Below, piece by piece: positions 1 through 13,904 of a stretch of DNA of 64,000 bases (the stretch's first letter is position 1; the number at the start of each line of letters is the position of its first letter). A model generated the notes under the pieces. That model worked only from the letters and a program-made list of their open reading frames with translations. It was not told where the DNA came from and did not search any database. Both the position numbers and the translations under genes were made by a program. Source of the stretch: Octopus sinensis (taxonomy: Eukaryota); assembly GCF_006345805.1 (NCBI RefSeq), contig NC_042999.1, positions 158,224,001 to 158,288,000 of the forward strand, in the 5' to 3' direction.

Positions 1-2367
1 AAGGAGTTTTTAACTCTTATGTTCACTTTATAATTTCGATATTACATTAGTTATGTGAATTACGATTTGTAGCTTGAAGATTTGTAGCTTAATATTCTGG
101 AGATGGTTTTTTAACCCTTGTGTGTATCGTTATAGACTCACATTCTTAGTTCGTGATTACGCGTGATACACGCTGCATTTAGTGTTATGAGAAATCGACT
201 CCAGTATTTGGCTGTTTTTTATTTACTTATATTAATCTTCTCGAAGAGAGAAATAGCAACTTTGGACATCGGCAAGATTTGATACTGTCGTTTCAGCTCC
301 CCACCAATCTGGTCTTGAGCAAGTAATAGAAACAAGTACTAATCATACAAATTAGGGATAATCGAAGAAACCTATTTTCAAATTCTATCCCGTTTTCCTA
401 TTTAAAACATAGTATATCCAATGTATTTTGTCTTGCTCAAGACAGCAGAATGTGATTTAAAGGAGATTTGGCTGATATCTCTAACGCTTTCAACAACCAC
501 CGAAAGACCATCTCATAGGTTCCTTCAAAATAGAATTTAACATGAGCAGTGTCGAACAGAATCCGTAAAATACTGGTCGAAATGTTTTGCAGTATTGTGT
601 TATGTGAATTTACGTTTTTATTTCGAATCTCATTCTAATGGCTGTTTTTTTTTAATCTTTCCGTGATCAATAAAATAAATATCAGTTAAATGTACAGCGA
701 TCGATTTATTCGAATATACACTCCTACTAAATTTCTTATTTTGTAGCCAAGCTATGAGTCATTGTAAGTTGAATGACAATATATTCATGTCGTTGCCTAA
801 GTAACGAGGATATTACCGATAAAAATAATATTGACAGCAAAAACAAACTTATGCATAACACATGCCTGTCTGCGGATATAAACAATAATGTATTTTTAAA
901 TGCAGTCTGTGCTAAACTGTATTGCAAATTGTGTGTTCACAGCAGGCAAGCAATCTAAATATTACATGTAATCTGTAAATTGATTTTCAAAACAAATATT
1001 CACTTTTCATATTACGTTTACATTGTAGACAAACTTAAAATTGCTATCGGCTACTTGTACACCTAATTTAAATACGCCTGAATGCAGCATTTAAATAAAT
1101 ATAAAAAACACTTACATTTAAGAATCAATGAAGAAGTACCGTTGAAGTATTGAGGGCGATATATTCATTTATACCCCTCAACCAAATTTGAAGCCTTGAG
1201 CCTCCGTAAGAAATCTATCTACCTGTATACATGCATATTCTCATTAGACTTCTACTGTCAACACGTATTTGTTTTGACGTATATTATAATTATTTGTTGG
1301 CGTGTTGAAGTAAATGTCATTATTCGCTCGGTTAATTCAATAAGATCAACCCCGTATAAAATTTCAAAGAGTAAAGTGATAATTACGTAGGACATATTTA
1401 TGTTGCTGAACTGTGGAATAAGCTTTAATTATTCTGTTTGTACAATTCTTGATTTTTCTAATTTTCTTAATTCAGATTAATGGCAGTCGGTTAATATCCA
1501 AAATGTTTGTACGTTTTGGCTTCGTTTATTGTAGTGTCTTCTCGAGATCACACTGACTTCGTTTACTTGCCTCTTATTTGATGTATTATTATCGCTTCTG
1601 GAAAGACAGAATGCTTACTAAGTTTACTGTATTAAAAATGTCAGCAACTTTCGGAAACTGGATTTTTTCTCACCGTAATGCTTCCAGCGTTCTTTCTACA
1701 GAAACCTGTTTATTGATTTTCAGAAAGTATTATGGTGTCTTTACATTTCATAGAAACATTTATATCAGAATTTGGTAGTATAGCACCTGGTTTAGTTTAT
1801 AGCGTGTCGGAATACTAGTTAAATTTTTGCTATTTGTTTTGAAACCATGATGAAGACATTTTAGGTTAGCTAGTATATTTCTTCATGTCATAAAGTGTCA
1901 TCTTAGAGTAAGGCTGCTGTAAATTCGATGAGAAGTGTTGTATTGGTGCAGGCACCGCTTTGCGATTAAGAGTTTGCTTCGAGCTACATGATTTCTAGTT
2001 CAACCACACTACGAAACAATCTGGATGCCCGTTCCCTGCCATAGCTTTATGTCGATCAAAGTCATGTAAATGAAATTTAGTAACAGAGACGATTGGGTAG
2101 CAGACCTAAACAATTGCCCGGTTAAACACCGTCATCTGATTTTTGTATGCCATTAGCTGTGTTCGCTATGAAGCAAAAAATTGGTTTAGATTTCTGATCC
2201 GAGGAAAGCAAATGTCCTTTCTTTGTTGGTGCACTCATTCTTACTTGCCTAACGTTATACATACGGATGAAGATTATATTTTTGCTTCAGTATAAGATTT
2301 ATAATTCCAGAATATGTCAATATATTGCTACCACCTTTACTCAAGCATTTACTTGGAAAAATGAATG

Positions 2368-3623
2368 TATTGGGTTGGCAACTAAGTTCACATCGTTCTT
2401 GTAAATTTTGGTATCTACTTTTTTCAGGAATTCTATTTTTGAATCATTTTGAAATCTATTTTATTTATTTTTTTCTAGTTAATTTTAGTTAATTTTTGTT
2501 TATTTTCAGATCATTAAAATGGAATATCATGTTAAGAAAAATGAGCATGTTCAACACCTTCTTTTTGCTTTTAATCAAGGTTCTAAGGCCGCAAAAGCTC
2601 CTCGCGACATTTGTGCTGTATATGGAGAGGGTGCCATAGCTGAAAGAACCGCTCGTGTATGGTATGCCAAGTTCAAAAAGGGAAATTTTGATCTCAAAGA
2701 CGCACCTCTTTCTGGCCGTTCAGTTGAGTTCGATGAAGAGTGATTAAACCAACTTTTGCATGAAAATTCTCGTCAAACGATGAGGGAACTGGCAGAGAAA
2801 ATGGAATGCTCCCACACTGCTATAGAGAAGCATCTTCACTCGATGGAAAAGGTTCAGAAGTATGGAGCATGGGTTCCGCATGCTTTAAGTGACAACAACA
2901 AAAATCAACGCTGGTTTGCTTCCTCGTCACCGCTCAACTCATGAGCACAAACAACGATTTCTTTACCGAATCGTTACTGACGACGAAAAATGGTGCGTGT
3001 ACATCAATATGAAGTAGCTTAAGGAATGGCTTAGCCCGGTAAACAAGCGGCATCACGTGTGAAACAAGATCTTCTTCTGCGTAAAACGATGTTGTGCATA
3101 TGGTGGTACTGGGAAGGGATTATCCGTTACGAATTACTTGAACGGAACCAAACGGTCAACGCGGAACTCTATGTTCAACATATGGAACGACTCAGCATGG
3201 CTATTCAAGAGAAAAGACATAATCGTCAGCATGGAGTTTTTCTGCTGCATGACAACACCTGCCCTCATATAGCCAATATGACCAATGAAGCCGTTCAAAC
3301 GCATGGCTGGAAAGTGCCGCCACACCTGCCGTACTCTCCTGATTTGACACCAACGGATAATCACCTCTTTCGATCTCTTTCAAATACTATGCGCGGAGTT
3401 TCGTTCAATACTGATACAGAATTGAGAGCTTGTTTGGATTAATGTTTCGGGTCGAAATCGGGTGATTTCTACCAACGAGGTATAGAAAATCTTGTTGAAC
3501 GTTGGGAAGAAGTTGTAAACAACAAGGGTGAATATCGATTAATTAGTTGTTATTTTTTTTTATTAACCCTTAAAAAAAATTAAATTTAAAAAAAACGGTG
3601 GAAACTTTGTTGCCAACCCAATA
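2368..3623 (+). mobile_element. Full-length decayed mariner (Tc1/mariner) DNA transposon with transposase pseudogene
   Basis: TIRs ttgggttggcaactaagttc (2370) and gaaactttgttgccaacccaa (to 3621), TA at both flanks. Transposase from 2519 carries WVPHAL, DDEKW, HDNTCPH and YSPDLTPTDNHLF motifs, broken by stops and frameshifts. Confidence 0.95.
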
Positions 3624-3732
3624 GTAAATCATAAACTCAGGTAGAGACTTTGTTTAGCACCGCTTCAAAGATAAAAGTATATTCCAGAAGACTCGTGGAA
3701 AGTATTCATCCCAAATATGGTGACATAAACAA

Positions 3733-4142
3733 TTACTCTCTTTACTCTTTTACTTGTTTCAGTCATTTGACTGCGGCCATGCTGGAGCACCGCCTTTAGT
3801 CGAGCAAATCGACCCCGGGACTTATTCTTTGTAAGCCCAGTACTTATTCTATCGGTCTCTTTTGTCGAACCGCTAAGTGACGGGGACATAAACACACCAG
3901 CATCGGTTGTCAAGCAATGCTAGGGGGACAAACACAGACACACAAACATATACACACATACTTATATATATATATATATATACGTATATACGACAGGCTT
4001 CTTTCAGTTTCCGTCTACTAAATCCACTCACAAAGCATTGGTCGGCCCGGGGCTATAGCAGAAAACACTTGCCCAAGATGCCACGCAGTGGGACTGAACC
4101 CGGAACCATGTGGTTGGTTAGCAAGCTACTTACCACACAGCC
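3733..4142 (-). mobile_element. tRNA-derived SINE, family A (CORE-like)
   Basis: Minus strand has head ggctgtgtggtaagtagcttgc, B-box-like ggttcagtccc, CORE-like ttgggcaag, internal CA/TA tract and (gagtaaa)n tail. Near-identical copies occur elsewhere in the window. Confidence 0.9.
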
Positions 4143-4166
4143 GGTGCATTTATCTATCCCTGCTAT

Positions 4167-4205
<39 letters not shown>

Positions 4206-4282
4206 TCACTACTACCACCACCACCACCACCACCACCACCACCACCACAACCACCACCACCACTACTACTACCACCACCACC

Positions 4283-4319
<37 letters not shown>

Positions 4320-4320
4320 T
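4167..4320. repeat. Compound (TAC)n/(CAC)n microsatellite
   Basis: Direct reading; source of the poly-Y/H/T/S ORFs. Confidence 0.95.
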
Positions 4321-5024
4321 ACACGTTACACATAATTTCTACAACAAACGTAAAGAAGTGCATCGAATTCTAAGATCTACTATCTAGTACTCCCACTACA
4401 ATGGATATTTCACATAAATAGCTTCTGAAAAGAACTTCTCCAGTCACTGATATTCAGTTATCATCTCTTCAATCAACAATGAATAGCATTTTCTACATTC
4501 AGCCATGTCTGTTAAGAATCTCTACGTGGTTGCTGGACATGTCAGAAAACGCAGTTAAATCTCCCTCGAATAGCATTCTGACGTCTTAAGAATGAAGGGC
4601 ACACTTGATAACAGAACCAAAGACATACAAAAGATAGGAGACTAAATCCACTTTGATTGTATGTCTTCCAACCAGGATTAATTTGGGACTCAACAACAAC
4701 AGCCAAAGCAACAGCAGCAGCAGCAACAACAACAACTTTTCGGTAATAAACTTACCTGTATAAAGCGTCAGTTTGTAGGAACCGAACAAATATTTTATAT
4801 GGAAATCTTGAAAAACCGAATTGTTTTGAATTCGAAAAGTGTACAGCACCACACTCAATACATTAAACACAACAATATGGAAACTTAATATGTCAAATGT
4901 CAATCTGTTTTTGTTCGTTAAATTTTCCCTCCCATTGTCACTCTGAAAGAAGAAACCGGCGGTTCTACTGAAATAAGTGGAATAGAAAGAGAAAGAAGTA
5001 TTATAAAGAGAATTAGATGAGAAA

Positions 5025-5421
5025 GGTGTGGCTGTGTAGTTAGTAGCTTGCTAACCAGCCACATGGTTCCGGGTTCAGTCCCACTGCGTGGCATCTTGGG
5101 CAAGTGTCTTCTGCTATAGCCTCGGGCCGACCAAAGCCTTGTGAGTGGATTTGGTAGACGGAAACTGAAAGAAGCCCGTCGTATATATGTATATATATAT
5201 GTATGTGTGTGTGTATGTTTGTGTGTCTGTGTTTGTCCCTCTAGCATTGCTTGACAACCGTTGCTGGTGTGTTTACGTCCCCGTCACTTAGCGGTTCGAC
5301 AAAAGAGACCTATAGAATAAGTACTGGGCTTACAAAGAATAAGTCCTGGGGTCGATTTGCTCGACTAAAGGCGGTACTCCAGCATGGCCGCAGTCAAATG
5401 ACTGAAACAAGTAAAAGAGTA
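5025..5421 (+). mobile_element. SINE family A
   Basis: Same head, CORE-like block and tail as 3733-4142, opposite orientation. A second, diverged head follows immediately (5422-5528). Confidence 0.9.
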
Positions 5422-5532
5422 TAGGCGCAGACGTGGCTGTGTGGCAAGAAGTTTACTTCCTAGCCACATGGCTTCGGGTTCAGTCCCTCAGAACGACACT
5501 TTGGATAAGTTCCTTCAACTATAGCCGCGATG

Positions 5533-5760
5533 TCTTCTCAGTTCTGCTGCTTGCGGGTGTCCCAGAACGTTCATCACTATCGACATTTTTTCTGATATCT
5601 TGACAACATCTGAACTACTCGCACACTAGTCTGTGCCTCATACACTCCTCTCCATACACTTTCTGCAACTTTAGGTAGGCATCTGAGCAGGTGTCGCCAT
5701 GACAACTTTCTCTGTCGTGGTCAATACGATGATCGCACGCTACACGCCTTGCTTCAAATC
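5533..5760 (-). mobile_element. mariner transposase N-terminal (HTH) fragment
   Basis: Minus translation LKLQKVYGEECMRHRLVCE*FRCCQDIRKNVDSDERSGTP resembles the mariner VYG...EWF.RF.....D..RSGRP region. Confidence 0.7.
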
Positions 5761-5898
5761 ACTGCGGTAAGCAACGAAAGTGAGCTAGAACGATAAAATT
5801 TAGTGCACATGTACAATCCGAGGCCACAAGTCGAGGACTGAAATTCTGTCACTTCAGAAATTGCTCTTCATCTACACACACACACACACTACCCACAC

Positions 5899-5936
<38 letters not shown>

Positions 5937-6377
5937 CCAACGTCGTAAATTCGGCACCGTTTCATTCTTTTCTTCTTACACTCCTATTTCTTTTGCTTCT
6001 CTTTGTGAAAGGGTTAACCTGAAGTATTTAGATTCTATTCCACTTCTTTTATTGTGCATTTATGTTGATTATACAAATTCTTCTATTTTATTAGAAATAC
6101 TGCATTTCTTAATCTCTCAGAGCAGCACGATAAAGTGATTGTTTGTTGCCAACTTAAAGTGGCAGTCCCAGGAAAGGGAAGAATGCTACTGTTTTTTAGC
6201 CCAGGGAACATCGTTTCCAGTTGGCTGTGTGAAGCAAGCGTTCTGTGTCCAAACCATCATTCTATTTTACTGTTACGTTTATATTTCAACCCTTTTCCAG
6301 TGTGACTTCATGTTGTATTTTTATACGTTCCTTGCTTTATAGATATTTCCATTTTATTTGTGTGATTTTTTATATGC

Positions 6378-6408
<31 letters not shown>

Positions 6409-6612
6409 TGTATGTATGTATGTATGTATGTATGTATATATGTACGCATGCATGCATGTATGCATGTATATATATATATATATATATATTATATTAAATT
6501 AGAGATAAAACCACTATTAAGCAAATCAAACAATGAAAAACATAAGTCAATACATAAAATTAATTAATTAATATTATTTTAAATATATATCAAAAGTATT
6601 AAAAGTTTATAA

Positions 6613-6659
<47 letters not shown>

Positions 6660-7373
6660 AATATATATATATATATGTATGTATATATAAATTGCAGTTT
6701 TTCTCCTTGGAGGAAAAGGAAACCGTTATTATTTTTGAAATAGATATTGCTCCATATCAAATTTGAAGCCTTCACTCTCTTGTATGCAGTCTCCCTCTGC
6801 CTCGGTCACCCTTTCTCCCTTTCCCTCTCTTTCTCTCTGTCACCCTCACCCCCCTCTCTCTCAATAGTGTGGACTTAAATATCAATGAAAAGAACCAGTG
6901 CAGCGAGTGTAATATGTGTGCGTGTAAATGTGTGTTTGTGTAAGCAAATATTTGTATGCGTGTTTGTATGTATGCATGTGTAATGTATGTATGTATGTAT
7001 GTATATAAGCTGAAAATGAACATTTAAAGCAAAAGAATACCATTTTATTTTTTAGAGATAGATAGACAGATAGATTTATAGATATATCATATTTCTATTT
7101 TGAACTACAAAAGAAATCTCATTCAAGTGCTTTTTTCATTCAAGAAGTCACTTTTACATCTTCAATTAATATTATTTTTGGTTATGCTGACTTTGGAAAT
7201 TGCTTAGAACTATATTTATATTTTTACTTTATTGTAAAAAAATGAAAAATATTCATATTTTCCATGCCTATTTTTATTACCTTTTTTAACACTGTGGATT
7301 AAAATAATAATGAACGTAACTTGATTGTTTAAAGTGAACGATATGCTAAGTTAAATATATACATATATAAGTG

Positions 7374-7445
<72 letters not shown>

Positions 7446-7539
7446 ATATATGTTATATCATATATAATAATTATTATTTGAGGGGATAAAATCCAAACTG
7501 ACAAGGAAAAATAATTCAATTTACGTACTTTAGCTTTGT

Positions 7540-7585
7540 TCCTATGACAACAATCCGGATACTTATTGCTCAAACCACGTATACG
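7540..7585 (-). mobile_element. Isolated mariner-like terminal inverted repeat
   Basis: Minus strand tacgtggtttgagcaataagtatccggattg resembles mariner TIRs of the tacgagggg...aaaaagtatccgga type; no partner or ORF seen. Confidence 0.4.
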
Positions 7586-7843
7586 TATATACGTACATAT
7601 ATGTATGTGTGTGTGTGTGTGTGAGTGTGTGTGTGTGTGCGTGTGTGTGTGTGTGTGCATGTGTATGGGGACAGTGGATCTCTCAATATTTATATGCTAC
7701 AATATTTAGCTCTATGTGTGCTTCGAGATCTACGATTGCAGAGAAAGAATTATCTCAGATCCAGCTGAACTTTTATAGTTCTTGACATTAACTATTATAC
7801 ATACATACAACATGCATACATACATACATATTATATATATTAT

Positions 7844-7888
<45 letters not shown>

Positions 7889-7978
7889 CCATACATGCAC
7901 ATATATTTGTATATATGCATATACACATACATATTATATATATATATATATATATATCTTATATATATATATATTTAT

Positions 7979-8335
7979 ACAATTGCAGCGTGGAAGGTGT
8001 TTATAAGCCATTTAAGAACAACAAAAGCCGTTCGATTCACTTCAACATTTAAGTTTAATTTGTCAAAATATTTTCGTCGCTAAAATCCGCGACCGTGTCA
8101 CTGACAAAGTCTGTGTGCATCTCTGTGATGCAGCACGGACTTTGTCAGTGAACAGGTCGCGGATTTTAGCGACGAAAATATTTTGACAATTAAACTTAAT
8201 GTTGAAGTGAATCGAACGGCTTTTGTGTGTTTCTTAAATGGCTTATAAACACCTTCCACGCTGCAATTGTTTTCGTTTCAGCACACGATCTCAGATCAAA
8301 TTACTTGCTATGCGAGTACATCTCCGATAATATTA
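7979..8335. mobile_element. Penelope-like terminal-repeat foldback palindrome (7979-8270)
   Basis: Arms acaattgcagcgtggaagg... and ...ccttccacgctgcaattgt pair almost to the centre (~8124). Left arm ends in (TA)n, right arm continues to ~8335. Contains a hammerhead motif. Confidence 0.8.
8142..8189 (+). ncRNA. Minimal type-I hammerhead ribozyme, G3:C8 variant with extra base after A9
   Basis: ttgtca-GTGAACA-g-gtcgc(ggatttta)gcgac-GAAA-atat-T-T-tgacaa: 6-bp stem I, 5-bp stem II, palindromic stem III aatatt, predicted cut after 8183. Confidence 0.6.
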
Positions 8336-8339
8336 TATA

Positions 8340-8375
<36 letters not shown>

Positions 8376-8510
8376 TATAATATTATTAGAGACAATAATA
8401 ATATTATATTATATTTTTGTCTCTAATAATATTATATTATATTTTACTATAAAATTGGATTCAATCCTAAATCTGATTTTTCCTGTAAATTTGGATTTAT
8501 CCCTAATATT

Positions 8511-8515
<5 letters not shown>
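8376..8515. mobile_element. Short foldback (20-bp arms) of an AT-rich Penelope-like terminal family
   Basis: tataatattattagagacaa (8376-8395) and its exact reverse complement (8417-8436). The continuation matches the reverse of ~13913-13990. Confidence 0.7.
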
Positions 8516-8581
<66 letters not shown>

Positions 8582-8950
8582 TTTACATACATATACATAC
8601 ATATATATTTACATACATATATATACATAATTGCATACATCAGGCATTGAGTTCTTGAGCAAAACATTTCATCGCACGTTCCTCCAGTTACATTTAACTA
8701 TAAATAAGTGACCTGCCTAGGCTGCGGGTTTGCATCATTCAAAAGTTGCAACAATATGAAGAAGTACATTGTGAACAGCGGTGTATAACATCCGATAGTC
8801 ACTCTCCTTTTCTCTCTCTCTCCCTGTCTCTCCCTCTCGCCCTGTCTCTCTCTCTCCCTGTCTCTCTCTTTCTCTCTCTCTCTATATATATATGTACACA
8901 CGCGTCTATGTACATATATACACACACATGTACACACACATGCACACACA

Positions 8951-8991
<41 letters not shown>

Positions 8992-9424
8992 ATATATATA
9001 CATACAGTTTTATCGCAAAATTTTTTTCCTATGATACTGTTCATATTATGAAAAGAATCGAAATGCAGAGACGTAAACATCCATAATTTTATTCTATTGT
9101 AATTTAATTTGTGAATTATTGAAATTGTTCGAATTACTTGCTCGTCAACAACACTATCTCCTCTTGCCAAAACAAATCGATTAACTCTTTAACTTTGACT
9201 GGCTAATACCTTCTGGCCATTCAACCTATAAGAATTTATACTAAACTTATAAAATACTATTATAAAAGTACTTTTAAAATCATAGTAAAGGGGAAAATGC
9301 AGGTCTCGTATTATTTTGCGGTTGCAAAGGATATGTAGGTTAATAACATATTGTTTATGGTTTGGTGAGATACAAATTGATAATATAGAACTTTTCAAAA
9401 GACTAACCTTTAATCTATTTCCAG

Positions 9425-9468
9425 GGCACTACCAAAATTCTTATTACTAGAAATAACAACTATTGATA
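9425..9468 (+). CDS. Candidate host micro-exon (ALPKFLLLEITTID)
   Basis: Branch site gactaac (9401-9407), pyrimidine tract and CAG, GTATGT donor; open in one frame. No homology recognised. Confidence 0.35.
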
Positions 9469-9947
9469 GTATGTTTACCATTTTCTTCGATGAAACATCG
9501 GAAATTACGAAATTATTCCGTCGTACATTCAATTTTTTATTTTAATTTAAATATAATATATTCGCTTGCGGCATCATTTTGATTTCATTCATAGATATTT
9601 TAGTCAACGGTGTTAAAGAAAAGAAGAAAAAACAAGCGATTGCTTTTGTTTTCAATTACAATCTCTAACAAGTTGTGAAGAAGCCCGAAGGCGGTGGTAG
9701 TAGGGATTATGAATTCCATGTAAAAGACTGGAGGCCTCAAGTTTAAAGTGGAACGATTTCGGTTTCGATACACGTAGGTGTTAATATTGGACTTTGTTTT
9801 TCCTCCAAAAATGAACATAAACGAACATGACTATACTGGTTAATGAAAACAGTAAGATAAAATTCGTGGTACGTAGGTCACCATACATTGAAACGCACTT
9901 ATATGTATATGCATTCATGTATATATATCTCTGTCGACATCCATCTA

Positions 9948-9975
9948 TCTATCTGTCCCTCCATTCATCCTGCCA

Positions 9976-10041
<66 letters not shown>

Positions 10042-10047
10042 ATCGAT

Positions 10048-10140
<93 letters not shown>
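9948..10140. repeat. (TATC)n microsatellite left of the Tx1-like insertion
   Basis: Direct reading; a matching tract resumes at ~10815. Confidence 0.95.
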
Positions 10141-10141
<1 letters not shown>

Positions 10142-10813
10142 GCTGAGTCTATCGTCAATATTGTCACGCCTCCTTCCTTCAAACGGGAAGGAAGAGCTAT
10201 TTTCATCATCCTTGTGGCTATGGCGAAAGAATGTATCTGGTGGACGCGTCTGAAAGGATTGGAGACAAACACTTTCCTCTCTGGTCAATCTCTCATCAAC
10301 TTCTTCAAGTACCACTTGAAAAGGAAAGTGAGAGTAGAGAGGCAAGTTTTGTCTAGCGAATGTTTTAAAAAAAGATGGGTGAATGTAGCAAGAATGGCAC
10401 GTATGAATGACGAAGCCACCTTGAGCATAATCCTATGAACCCAGAAATCGAAAACAGAGAGTTGCTTATTTGCAAAAAAAAAAAAAAAAAAGGATATATA
10501 AAATGTGACTTCATTGACCGAGGTTACCGTGGTCTTTTCCGTAGGCTTTTCTTTCCACGGGTAAACCTCACCTGTCCTCCCCTTTACACTTCATATTGAC
10601 ATTTCTGTGATAACGATCCCTATTGATCAATTTTTTCCCTCTCCCCCTTTTTTTAACCCCCCTTTTTTTTGTCCTCTTTCTCTCCTTTTACGATCCCTTT
10701 TGATCGAAACTCCCCCTTCCTTTTTTTTTTTTTTTTTTTAAACCTTCAAAAGAAAAGCTCTACCTTGTAATTTGTTCTATCTGTGTGCAGCCCTGTGTGG
10801 CTAATAAAGAAAC
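10141..10813 (+). mobile_element. 5'-truncated Tx1/L1-clade LINE 3' end inside (TATC)n
   Basis: ORF2 C-terminus ...[14 protein letters not shown]...FFKYHLKRKVRVERQVLSSECFKKRWVNVARM is homologous to 22300-22620. Followed by 3' UTR with aataaa at 10803; TATC repeats on both sides. Confidence 0.75.
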
Positions 10814-10814
10814 A

Positions 10815-10904
<90 letters not shown>

Positions 10905-10950
10905 ATCGATTTATCTATCTATCCACCCCCCTCTCTCTCTATATATATAT

Positions 10951-11053
<103 letters not shown>

Positions 11054-12319
11054 AGACAGAGAAAGTGTGTGTGTGTATGTGTGTGTTTCAGGTGGTGTAC
11101 AGGTATTGCATATTGAGAAAAATGTGGCAGTCAGAATTTTGGATAATTCTATAGTAGAGCTTTCGTTCGTTTATCGAACTCAAGATAAAATCAGAATCAA
11201 AATGGTAAAGACAGAATGTTTCGTTGTTCATTAATATTAATCAAATGCATTTTTGCTTTGTTTAGAAGCGGAGAATATTGTTTTATTGCTTGTTTGGGAA
11301 GAGGGGGAAAGAGAGAAAGAACGAATAGCAAAGGGGTGGAATAGACAGAGAGAGAAGTTTCGGAACAATCAAGAAAGAGGAAAAAATAATAATGGATGGG
11401 GAAAGGATAGATAGATAAACAGATAGATAGATAGATATATAGAGAGAAGTTTCCTTGCAATTTGATGTGGTTAATTCATTGAAATTTCATTACAAAGCAT
11501 TTTTCCTTTTTAGTTTCGCCTCTCTTTTTTCCTCCCATTGTATACCTATCAACATATTTGTAAATAAACACATTTTCTCACAAGCGCTGGTGATCTTGCA
11601 AGATGTCAATTTTAGGAAGTAGGATGGAAAAGATAAGAAAAGAGGGGAGGGTGCGGTCATCAACGAATAATAGAAAATAGCTCAAAGTTCAAAGTCCTAT
11701 GAGAATGTATATTCCTTTACACTTGTATAGTAAAGTCCCGTATTCTGTGTAATTCCATGTTCTGCATGAACAAACATTAAATATTAGTACAATATTGATA
11801 AATTAGGAAAATAAAGTGAGAAAATAAAAAAATTATTTGGTACTGTTTATAATTTAATCTATTCTCTGTGTACATTTAATCATACATCATAAATGAATTT
11901 TGTATGCATATTGTATATACATATACAGAGTGGCTTAGATGGAAACCACTCTGTAGGATATAAATTATATAATAAAGCAGGGCCTGGTTAAATATATTTT
12001 GGGGTATATTTCATCCTTCTGTAGGATTTCTTTTTCTTTTTCTTGCTTGCTTGGATAAGATAATTCAAAATAGAGCTTTTTGACGAATTACTTTGCCAAG
12101 TAGCTACATTAGGAAAGATATCTAATGTAGCTACATAGCAAAGTAATTTGAGAAAAAGATCTCTTTTGATTAATCTTATCCGAGCAAGCAAGAAAAGAAA
12201 AATGGATCTTAGAAACTTTAGCGTGCAATAGCGTTAAAAACAGTGTGGTACAGAAACAATTGTAACTGGTTATTAACGATGCTCTAAACTCTTTCTTTGT
12301 TTTGTTATTTGGATCATAA

Positions 12320-12605
<286 letters not shown>

Positions 12606-12665
12606 AGAAATATGTGCTTGCATGTAATACACACACACGTACGTAGGCGCACAAACACACACACA

Positions 12666-13881
12666 TATAGGTCATCCCATAAATAATGCGATTTTTTCAA
12701 ATGCATGAACTAAAAGTCGGAGGATGATGGGATAAACAACTTGCATCAACTTGCTACAAAAGCAGGTAGTAATTTTACCTTGTTCTTATTCTTAGTGCAA
12801 GTTTTGAAGAGTGCAGTTCAATTTTAACAGTTATGTTTCAAAACTATAATGGCAACGAGAAATATTCGGCATATTTTGCTTTATGAGTTCAGTAAAGGCA
12901 GTAACGTAATGGAAGATGCGAGAAATATTAATGAATAAGCGTAAGCCACTGTCAACGGTGGTTCCAGAAATTCTGAGCCGGGGACTTCAGTCTAGAAGAC
13001 GAGTCTCGTCCTGTAACATCTGCAGAGCTCGATGAGGACGGCCTGCACACCCTGGTGGAACAAAAACCCCATCGTAACTGTTGAGGAACAAGCAGAGAAG
13101 ATTGGATTTGCTCATTCAACCATTCATCGTCAGCAAAGTGGGTCAATGGATTCTTCACAAACTTTCCGAGTCTAATCGCGCGCAGAGAGTGAATGTGTGT
13201 TCTTTGCTTTCACGTATTGCGAATGAATCGTTTTTGGATCGAATAATGACTGGCGACGAGAAATGGGTTCTCTGTAAAAATATCAAGCGCCGAAGACAGT
13301 AGGTAGAGAAAGGAGAAACACCAGTACCCCAGGCTAATGAAGGTCTTCACCCACGTAAGGTGTTATCTGTTTGGTGGGATATGAAAAGTTTAGTCTACTT
13401 TGAGCTTTTAAAGCCAAACCAAACGATAACAAAGGAGATCTACTGCGAGCAGCTTGAGCGGCTTAGGTCAGCGCTAGAAGACAAACGACCATCTTTGGTT
13501 TCAAAATGAAAGATGTTTTTCCATCAGGTTGATGCTCGGCCACATATAGTGAGGATGACATTCCAAAGGCTGGAGCAGTTTGAATGGAAAACGATGCCCC
13601 ACTCATCATATTTGCCGGACATTGCGCCATCTGATTATTATTTATTCCGCAGTCTTCAAAATCATTTGGACGGAAAAAAATGAATTCTGTAGACGAGGTC
13701 AGAACAGTACTGACGGCTATTTTTCGTCACGGACAAGTGAATTTTGGAAGAGGGGCCTTGGAAGTCTACCAGAAAGATTGAAGAACATTGTAGAGAATGA
13801 AGGAGAGTATATGTTAGATTAAAACAGAATTTTGAAAAATAGAAGTATAGAAAAACTGCATTATTTATATGACGACCCAAT
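12666..13881 (+). mobile_element. Full-length decayed mariner transposon (second subfamily)
   Basis: TIRs gtcatcccataaataatgcg and gcattatttatatgacgacccaat. Transposase motifs RIMTGDEKWVL, WWD, HQVDARPH and YLPDIAPSDYYLF with stops and frameshifts. Confidence 0.92.
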
Positions 13882-13904
13882 GTATATATATATATATAAA
13901 AAAT

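Noticed and set aside
3907-4387. ORFs with poly-Y/H/T/S/G and the recurring MSSNARGTNTDTQT.../MLxGQTQTHKH... peptides
   Set aside because: Translations of SINE family A and trinucleotide repeats; the same peptide recurs at every SINE copy.
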